Notes under the pieces: generated by a model | Seen by the model: only the letters and a program-made list of their open reading frames with translations | Database searches by the model: none | What the model was told of the DNA's origin: nothing | Part shown: in pieces, positions 57,606 through 64,000 of the stretch | How the letters are laid out: every line of letters starts with the position of its first letter | Position numbering within the stretch: the first letter of the stretch is position 1 | Program-made: the position numbers and the translations under genes | Origin: Spirochaetia bacterium | GTDB taxonomy: Bacteria > Spirochaetota > Spirochaetia > SZUA-6 > Bin103 | NCBI GenBank assembly: GCA_965208575.1 | Contig: CBDBOV010000003.1 | Location: forward strand, 768,001 to 832,000 | Direction of reading: 5' to 3' | DNA: 64,000 bases

Positions 57606-57677
57606 TGGGACGTCGGCAAGTGGTAAGCCACCGGTTTTTGGTACCGGCACTCGCAGGTTCGAATCCTGCCGTCCCAG
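57606..57677 (+). tRNA. tRNA-Gln (anticodon TTG)
   Basis: Acceptor stem TGGGACG/CGTCCCA, D-loop TGGTAA, anticodon stem CCGGT/ACCGG with loop TTTTGGT, T-loop GTTCGAATC; CCA not encoded. Confidence 0.95.
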
Positions 57678-57762
57678 TATGCGAGACGAGCCGTCCGCCC
57701 GGCGCCGCCGCGGCATGAGCCGGCGCGGCGTCTGAAACCATACAACGAAACAGGAGCCTGAC

Positions 57763-58383
57763 ATGTCCGATCGAAGCCTGTCCGCCGAGTTGCGAACCCA
57801 GACCAAGAAGGGAGCGGCGCGCCGCCTGCGCCGCGCGGGCCGCATTCCCGCCGTGATGTACGGGCATCGCGACCCGCTGCTGCTGAGCATCGATGCGCGC
57901 GAGTTCGCACGCAAGTTTCAGCGCATCTCCGAGAGCACCATCATTCACCTGTCGGCCGGGGGCGACACGTACGACGTGCTCGTCAAGGACTTCCAGATCG
58001 ACCACATCATCGAGCGGCTCGATCACATCGATTTCTTCGAGATCGAACGCGGGCGGGTGCTGCGCGCGCGGGTGCTGTTGCACTTTGTCGGCAACCCGGT
58101 CGGCGTGCGCGAGGGCGGCCTGCAGGAGTTGCTCGTGCACGAGGTCGAGGTGGAGAGTCTGCCCCGCGACCTGCCCGAGGAGATCGACGTCGATATCGAA
58201 CACCTCGGCGTGGGGCAATCGTTCCACGTCAGCGACCTGGTAGTTCCCGACGGCGTGCGCGTGCTCACTTCCCGGGACCAGGTGATCGCACTGATCGCCC
58301 ACAAGGTGGAAGAAGTCGATGAAGAGGAAGACGAGGTGGACGAAGAGGCGGCCCTGGAAGGCGAGGTCGACGAGGAGGAGTAG
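57763..58383 (+). CDS. rplY: 50S ribosomal protein L25/Ctc
   Basis: KGAARRLRRAGRIPAVMYG, HIDF, GNPVGVREGG, acidic tail. Confidence 0.95.
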   Translation: MSDRSLSAELRTQTKKGAARRLRRAGRIPAVMYGHRDPLLLSIDAREFARKFQRISESTIIHLSAGGDTYDVLVKDFQIDHIIERLDHIDFFEIERGRVLRARVLLHFVGNPVGVREGGLQELLVHEVEVESLPRDLPEEIDVDIEHLGVGQSFHVSDLVVPDGVRVLTSRDQVIALIAHKVEEVDEEEDEVDEEAALEGEVDEEE

Positions 58384-58429
58384 CGCCGCCCGCCGCCTGC
58401 CGCATGCCGCGGCCGGCGGGGCGTAGCCG

Positions 58430-59011
58430 ATGGCGCTGGTACTGCTCGGTCTCGGGAACCCCGGCCGCCGCTACGCGCGCAGCCGCCACAACGCGGGCTT
58501 TCAGGTGGCGGAGTGTCTGGCCGCTCGTTTCGGGCAGCGGTTGAAGCGCCGGCGGCACCGCAACTACGCGCTCGCGCACCTGCAGGTCGCCGGTACGCGG
58601 CTCACCGTGGTGCAGCCGCACACCTACATGAACGGGTCCGGGGACATCGTCAAGCCGGTGCTGTCGGAGTGCGGAGCCGGCGTGCCGGAGCTGGTGGTGG
58701 TGTGCGACACCATGGACCTGGCGCCGGGCGCGAGCCGGCTGCGGTTGTCCGGCTCGTCCGCCGGCAACCGCGGGCTGGCCTCGGTGCTGCGCGTGTTGCG
58801 GACCGACGACGTGAAGCGGATCTACCTCGGCGTCGGCCGCCCGCTGCCGGGTGTTGCGGTGATCGACCACGTACTGAGCAGGCCGGCGCCGGCCGACGCG
58901 CGGGCCATAGCGGAGGCGGTGGAGCGGGTCTGCGACCACGTCGGCCTGCTGCTGGCGGGCGACTACCAGGGCGCCATGAACCGGATCAATCAACGCTCCG
59001 CAACGGCTTGA
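58430..59011 (+). CDS. pth: Peptidyl-tRNA hydrolase
   Basis: GLGNPG, SRHNAGF, TYMNGSG, GVGRP, DHVL. Confidence 0.93.
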   Translation: MALVLLGLGNPGRRYARSRHNAGFQVAECLAARFGQRLKRRRHRNYALAHLQVAGTRLTVVQPHTYMNGSGDIVKPVLSECGAGVPELVVVCDTMDLAPGASRLRLSGSSAGNRGLASVLRVLRTDDVKRIYLGVGRPLPGVAVIDHVLSRPAPADARAIAEAVERVCDHVGLLLAGDYQGAMNRINQRSATA

Positions 59012-60060
59012 ACGCGACCCGCGGCACAGCGTCCGACCCCGTTGCCGCGGCGCGCGCCGTGCTGCGCGAGGCCGCCTTGCCGCGCCCGTGCACGGTGGTG
59101 GCGGCCATGTCCGGGGGAGCGGACTCCGCCGCCCTGGCGCTGGTGCTGACCCACCTGTCGGCAGAGCTGGAGATGCGCGTGGTGGGCGCCCACTACGATC
59201 ACGGCATTCGCGACGCAGCGTCGCGGGCCGCGGAGCGGGCCGCGGTTCGGGAGCAATGCGCGCGCCTCGGGGTGGCGCTGCGCGAGGGCGGCGCCGGTGA
59301 CGGCGAGCTGCGCGAACGGCGGCGCGCCACCGGGCGCAGCCTGGAGGAGCTTGCGCGCGAGCGGCGCTACGCCTTTCTGATGACGGTCGCGGCGAGCTGC
59401 GGCGCCGCGGCGGTGGCCGTGGGGCATCATCTCGACGACAACCTGGAGACCATCCTGATGCGGGCGCTGCAGGGCAGCCTGCGCGGAGGCGGCATCGCCG
59501 CGAGCAGCGGGCCGGTGCTGCGCCCGCTGCTCGGCGTGCGGCGCGAGGCACTGCGCCGCTGCGTGGCGGCGGCCCGGCTGCCGGTCATGGAGGACCCCAG
59601 CAACGCCGACCCGGCGATGCTGCGCAACCGGGTGCGCGAGCTGCTGCCGGCGCTGGAAGCGGCGGTGCCGGGCACGGCACGCAATCTTCCCCGGCTGGCG
59701 TACGGCAGCGCCGCCGCGTGGCGCGAACTGGTCGCCCGGTCGCGGCGCGCGGTGCCGTGGCGCTACGCCCGCGATGCGCGCTGGGGCAGCCACTACCGGG
59801 TCGCGGCGCGCTTGTTCTGGGGCGCGCCGCCGGACGTACGCGAGGCCGCCCTGTACCAGGCCTGGGACGCCGTCACCAGCCGCGGCCTCAGCGCCCGGCG
59901 CGACCGGGCGCGGCTGCCGCGCCGTTTCCTGCAGCCGCTGCTCGCGGTCCGCGTACCACCGCGCCGCCTGCTCACCGCGGGCCACGGGGTGTGCATCGCC
60001 TGCGACCTGCGCACGGTCGTGGTGGCGCGCCGGCGCGCCGCGCCGCCGGATGCGCAATGA
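59008..60060 (+). CDS. tilS: tRNA(Ile)-lysidine synthase
   Basis: AMSGGADS, HYDHGIR, ARERRYAFL, GHHLDDNLET, RPLL, EDPSN, RNRVR; start overlaps the pth stop. Confidence 0.9.
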   Translation: MNATRGTASDPVAAARAVLREAALPRPCTVVAAMSGGADSAALALVLTHLSAELEMRVVGAHYDHGIRDAASRAAERAAVREQCARLGVALREGGAGDGELRERRRATGRSLEELARERRYAFLMTVAASCGAAAVAVGHHLDDNLETILMRALQGSLRGGGIAASSGPVLRPLLGVRREALRRCVAAARLPVMEDPSNADPAMLRNRVRELLPALEAAVPGTARNLPRLAYGSAAAWRELVARSRRAVPWRYARDARWGSHYRVAARLFWGAPPDVREAALYQAWDAVTSRGLSARRDRARLPRRFLQPLLAVRVPPRRLLTAGHGVCIACDLRTVVVARRRAAPPDAQ

Positions 60061-60513
60061 CCGCGGCCACCGGGCGCCCGCCCGCCGCCGCGATGCAGCC
60101 GCGCCGCGTCGCCGGCCCCGCCGCGCGGGCCGCCGGGGGCACCCCAGGCTCACCACCTGATCCGCGCCCCGTGCCGGCCCCGATGCGACCGGGATCGGGC
60201 CCGGTTGTCCTGCGTGCCGCTTACCGATATGTTATCGGAGTCGGGTTTGGTTCCTCGCGGGCATGTCCGACGTATAGAATAACGCTACCGGAATGTGTCC
60301 CACATCCTCCCAACCGGCAATCGCGGCGGGCGACGGCAAAACCCGGTTCGGGTCTCTCCCTCTGCTGCAGCGTAATTGCGCGCCGCATCCTTGGTGTCTG
60401 GTGTGTGCCTTGGCGGCTGGGGCCATGAGTGGCGGAAGGCGTACGCCGCGTGTGGGCGGCGGGCGTTCGCGGCGCAGGGCGGCCGGCACCGGCGGTGGCC
60501 TCGCGGAGGCATT

Positions 60514-62406
60514 GTGAGTAACGGAGAAAACAACAACTCGCAGAAACGAGGTCCCGACTCCGGGTTCCCGAAGTTCAACTTCAACAATCGCGTCGCCCTC
60601 ATAACGCTGCTGATCCTGATCGTCTTCTTCATTTTCTTCTTCGTTTACAACCAGGGCTCGCTGACGCAGGAGATCCCTTACTCCGTGTTTCTGAACTACG
60701 TGAACCAGGACATGGTGGAAGCGGTCAAGATCATCGACGGCTACGAAATCCAGGGGCAGCTCAAGGGGCGTCCCGGCGAGTACTTCAAGACCAACATTCC
60801 CTACTCCGATCCCGATCTGCTGCGCACGCTGCAGGAAAAGACGGTACAGGTCACCGGTGGGCCGCGCAACGTGTCGCCGCTGCGGGTGTTCATCGACTTC
60901 CTGCCCTGGATGCTCGGCTTCGTGTTCATCTGGTTCATGTTCCGGCAGGTGCAGGGCAGCGGCAATCGCGCGTTCTCGTTCGGCAAGAGCCGCGCCAAGC
61001 GTTTCGTGGAGAGCAGCAAGAAGATCAACTTCACCGATGTCGCCGGCCAGGACGAGGCCAAGTACGAGTTGCAGGAAGTGGTCGAGTTCCTCAAGAACCC
61101 CGGCAAGTTCGCCAAGATGGGGGCGCGCATCCCCAAGGGGGTACTGCTGGTCGGCATGCCGGGCACCGGCAAGACGCTGCTCGCCAAGGCGATTGCCGGC
61201 GAGGCCAACGCGCCGTTCTTCCACATGTCCGGATCCGACTTCGTGGAGATGTTCGTCGGCGTCGGCGCCAGCCGGGTGCGCGACCTGTTCGACCAGGGAC
61301 GCAAGAACGCCCCCTGCATCCTGTTCATCGACGAGCTCGATGCCGTCGGCCGCACGCGCGGGGCAGGCTACGGCGGCGGTCACGATGAGCGTGAACAGAC
61401 CCTCAACCAGATGCTGGTGGAGATGGACGGATTCGACACCAAGGAAGGGGTGATCATCATTGCGGCCACCAACCGGCCCGACGTGCTCGATCCCGCGCTG
61501 CTGCGCCCGGGCCGCTTCGATCGCCAGGTGGTCGTGGACATGCCGGACGTGCGCGGCCGCGAAGAGATCCTCGCCATTCACATCAAGAAGATCCCCACCG
61601 GGGCGGGGGTGGACCTGAACCGGGTGGCGCGCGCGACGCCGGGCACCTCCGGCGCCGATCTGGCCAACATCGTCAACGAGGCGGCCTTGCTGGCGGCACG
61701 CCAGAACAAGGAGCGGGTGGAGATGATCGACTTCGAGGAAGCGCGCGACAAGATCATGATGGGCGTGGCGCGCCGCTCCAAGGTGGTGGAGCCGAAGGAA
61801 CGCGAGATGACCGCCTACCACGAATCGGGCCATGCGCTGCTGCACTACCACCTCGAGAATGCCGACCCGTTCCACAAGGTCACCGTGGTCCCGCACGGGC
61901 GCGCCCTCGGTGTGGCATTCTCGTTGCCCGAAAAAGACTACTACTCGCGCGGCAAGGCCTGGCTGATGGACCGGATCGCCATCACCATGGGCGGCTACGC
62001 GGCCGAGCGGCTGATCTACAACGAGACCACGACCGGCGCGCAGAACGACATCGAGCAGGCCACCGATCTGGCTCGCAAGATGGTGTGCGAGTGGGGCATG
62101 AGCGACGTGCTCGGTCCGATCTCGTACGGGCAGAAGGACGAGCCGATCTTCCTGGGCAAGGAGATCGCTCGCCACAAGGACTACTCGGAGGATACCGCGC
62201 GCGTCATCGACAGAGAGGTGAACGCCATCATCAACTCGCGGCTGGAACGGGCGCAGGAGGTGCTCGACGAGCATCGCGACCAGCTCGAGCTGCTGGCCAC
62301 GACGCTGGTCGACAAGGAGACGCTGGACGACGCCGAGATCCGCGCCCTGCTCGGTTTTCCGCCGCGCGCGTCGACCGATGGGGAGACCAGCCAGAAGGCG
62401 AGTTAG
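60514..62406 (+). CDS. ftsH: ATP-dependent zinc metalloprotease FtsH
   Basis: Two TMs, [31 protein letters not shown]. Confidence 0.97.
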   Translation: MSNGENNNSQKRGPDSGFPKFNFNNRVALITLLILIVFFIFFFVYNQGSLTQEIPYSVFLNYVNQDMVEAVKIIDGYEIQGQLKGRPGEYFKTNIPYSDPDLLRTLQEKTVQVTGGPRNVSPLRVFIDFLPWMLGFVFIWFMFRQVQGSGNRAFSFGKSRAKRFVESSKKINFTDVAGQDEAKYELQEVVEFLKNPGKFAKMGARIPKGVLLVGMPGTGKTLLAKAIAGEANAPFFHMSGSDFVEMFVGVGASRVRDLFDQGRKNAPCILFIDELDAVGRTRGAGYGGGHDEREQTLNQMLVEMDGFDTKEGVIIIAATNRPDVLDPALLRPGRFDRQVVVDMPDVRGREEILAIHIKKIPTGAGVDLNRVARATPGTSGADLANIVNEAALLAARQNKERVEMIDFEEARDKIMMGVARRSKVVEPKEREMTAYHESGHALLHYHLENADPFHKVTVVPHGRALGVAFSLPEKDYYSRGKAWLMDRIAITMGGYAAERLIYNETTTGAQNDIEQATDLARKMVCEWGMSDVLGPISYGQKDEPIFLGKEIARHKDYSEDTARVIDREVNAIINSRLERAQEVLDEHRDQLELLATTLVDKETLDDAEIRALLGFPPRASTDGETSQKAS

Positions 62407-62409
62407 CAG

Positions 62410-64000
62410 TTGGTGGCAAGACGCCGGCTGCTTCCGGGCGGCGATCCGGTAGGGTTGCGTCTCCTCCTGGCGCTGGCAGGCTTGGCGCTGCTGGCCGGCG
62501 GTTGCGCTACGACGCGCGCGCCGGCGCTCCCGCCGGCATCCTCCGCGGCGTACTTCAAGGCGGACATCGAGCGCCAGTTGGCGGCCGGAGAGCCGTTGCG
62601 CGCCCTGCAGAACATCTGGTCCCTGGAGACGCAGGAGCCGGCCCGGGTCGCGGCGGGCGACCTGAGGGAATTGCGCCGCAGTGCGATCCGTGCGCTGCGC
62701 GACGACCTGGAGTTGGCACGGCGCGAGCAGCGCTACCTGGATGCGGTGGCGCTGGCACAGTCGCTGGCTGCGGTCGGCGCGGACGCGCCCGCCGCGCACC
62801 GCGACCTGCTGACCGAGCTCTACCACGGCGAGGTGCAGCGCCTGGTCGGCGCGGGGCGGCAGGTCAGTGCGCTGATAACCGGTCTGCGCGCGGCGAGCGA
62901 GCGGCTGCTGCCCGCCGACGACCTGCCGGCGTTGCGCGACCTGGCGGTGGAGGCAGGCAGCCGGCACGCGCTGGCGGTGCTGGCGGACGCCGCCGCGGAC
63001 AGCGGCCGCGAACTGCCGGTGCCGGAGTTGCCGCCGCCGGCGTCCTACGCGGAGATGCTTGCCGGCACGGTCACCGTGTGGGTAGACCGCGGGGTTGCCA
63101 TTCGCCGCGGCGTCGGCTACCCGGACCGGGTGATCGGCAGCGGCTTCTTCATCGATCGCGAAGGTCACCTGCTGACCAACTACCACGTGATCAGCAGCGA
63201 AGTGGACCCGGCGTACGAGGGCTATTCGCGCCTCTACATCCGGCTGTCGGAGCAGCCCGAGAAGCGGGTTACGGCGCGGGTAACAGGATACGACCCGGTG
63301 TTCGACCTCGCTCTCCTGAAGGCGGAGGTGACGCCGGAGTACGTGTTCGGCGCGGTCACCGCCGCGCACCCGGCGCCCGGCGATCCGATCACGGCGATCG
63401 GCACCCCGGGCGACATCTCCCTGGCCAAGACGGTGACCTCCGGCATCGTGTCCGCCGTCGGGCGGCGCTTCCTGCAGGTCGGCGACGCGCTGCAGGTCGA
63501 TGCGCCGCTCAATCCCGGCAACAGCGGCGGTCCGTTGCTGAACGAGGACCGCGAGCTGGTCGGCGTCACCTTCGCCGGCATGGAGCAGTTCGAGGGCATC
63601 AACTTCGGCATCGCCGCGGAGTGGATCGAGCGCGTGCTGCCCAAGCTGTACGAGGGTGGCGCGGTGTCGCACCTGTGGCTGGGCGTCAGCGTGCATCGCG
63701 GCGACGCCGGGCTGGTGGTGGATTACGTGCTGCCCGGCGGGCCCGCGGATCTGGCCGGAGTCGCCGCCGGTGACGTGCTGGTACGGTTCGGCGACTACGC
63801 CGTGGACGACATCGTGGGAGTGCAGCGCCACCTGCTCGGGTTCCCGGCGCCCGCCCTGGTCGAGATAGAGGTGCGCCGCGGCGGCCGCGAGCGGCGTCTG
63901 CTCGCGCTCCTGGGGCCGCGCCCGTTTGCGCCGCTGGATGAGGCGTTGCAGCACGACACGTGGCAGGATGTGCTGGTGCCGCTGTTCGGTATCGGCGTCA
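62410..64000 (+). CDS. Trypsin-like serine protease with PDZ domain (HtrA/S1C), lipoprotein; runs off the right edge
   Basis: Manual translation: lipobox-like LLAGGC, GSGFFID, TNYHVI, DLALLK, NPGNSGGPL, then a PDZ-like WLGV...GGPADLAGV. Confidence 0.85.
   Translation, partial: MVARRRLLPGGDPVGLRLLLALAGLALLAGGCATTRAPALPPASSAAYFKADIERQLAAGEPLRALQNIWSLETQEPARVAAGDLRELRRSAIRALRDDLELARREQRYLDAVALAQSLAAVGADAPAAHRDLLTELYHGEVQRLVGAGRQVSALITGLRAASERLLPADDLPALRDLAVEAGSRHALAVLADAAADSGRELPVPELPPPASYAEMLAGTVTVWVDRGVAIRRGVGYPDRVIGSGFFIDREGHLLTNYHVISSEVDPAYEGYSRLYIRLSEQPEKRVTARVTGYDPVFDLALLKAEVTPEYVFGAVTAAHPAPGDPITAIGTPGDISLAKTVTSGIVSAVGRRFLQVGDALQVDAPLNPGNSGGPLLNEDRELVGVTFAGMEQFEGINFGIAAEWIERVLPKLYEGGAVSHLWLGVSVHRGDAGLVVDYVLPGGPADLAGVAAGDVLVRFGDYAVDDIVGVQRHLLGFPAPALVEIEVRRGGRERRLLALLGPRPFAPLDEALQHDTWQDVLVPLFGIGV

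Noticed and set aside
58745-58785. Pth GHNG motif reading AGNRG, suggesting inactivation
   Set aside because: The catalytic His (RHN) and Asp are retained and this loop varies among Pth proteins.
60232-63954. Very long antisense ORFs (1240 aa here; also 17507..20827, 15223..17802, 42694..44772, 4964..6754, 34..924)
   Set aside because: Shadow frames opposite well-supported genes, expected in high-GC DNA; no motifs.

Overview
This is a 64 kb, very GC-rich bacterial window. The right end is a housekeeping block: rplU-rpmA-obgE-nadD-LCP-rsfS, spoVG, tRNA-Gln, rplY-pth-tilS-ftsH and an HtrA-like protease. That gene order and the 'FAGG' binding-protein signal peptide suggest a spirochaete (inference). 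The accessory content resembles marine or sponge-associated genomes: PhyH dioxygenases, sulfatases, ADP-ribosylglycohydrolases, a vanadium haloperoxidase-like protein, toxin-antitoxin pairs and an AAA/PD-(D/E)XK protein. The standout is a ~12.5 kb divergent cluster at 8080-20581 that looks like a terpene-RiPP hybrid. It holds an NHLP-leader precursor whose predicted core is only SYY or SSYY, two paralogous proteins I infer to be peptide prenyltransferases, a stand-alone single-domain class II terpene cyclase (DLDDTA), two CYP116-like P450s with Asn in place of the I-helix Thr, and the three-gene NHLP export cassette. No YcaO, Lan or rSAM enzyme is present. Other oddities are a hyper-acidic small protein divergent from spoVG, an insertion in ObgE, a Zn-type ABC system with a ~70-aa His/Asp/Glu loop but no adjacent permease, an orphan RHH antitoxin-like gene, two convergent heterodimeric ABC exporters and several short tandem duplications. 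All calls come from reading motifs by eye; no database searches were run. Several start codons were moved from the ORF track using RBS and motif context.
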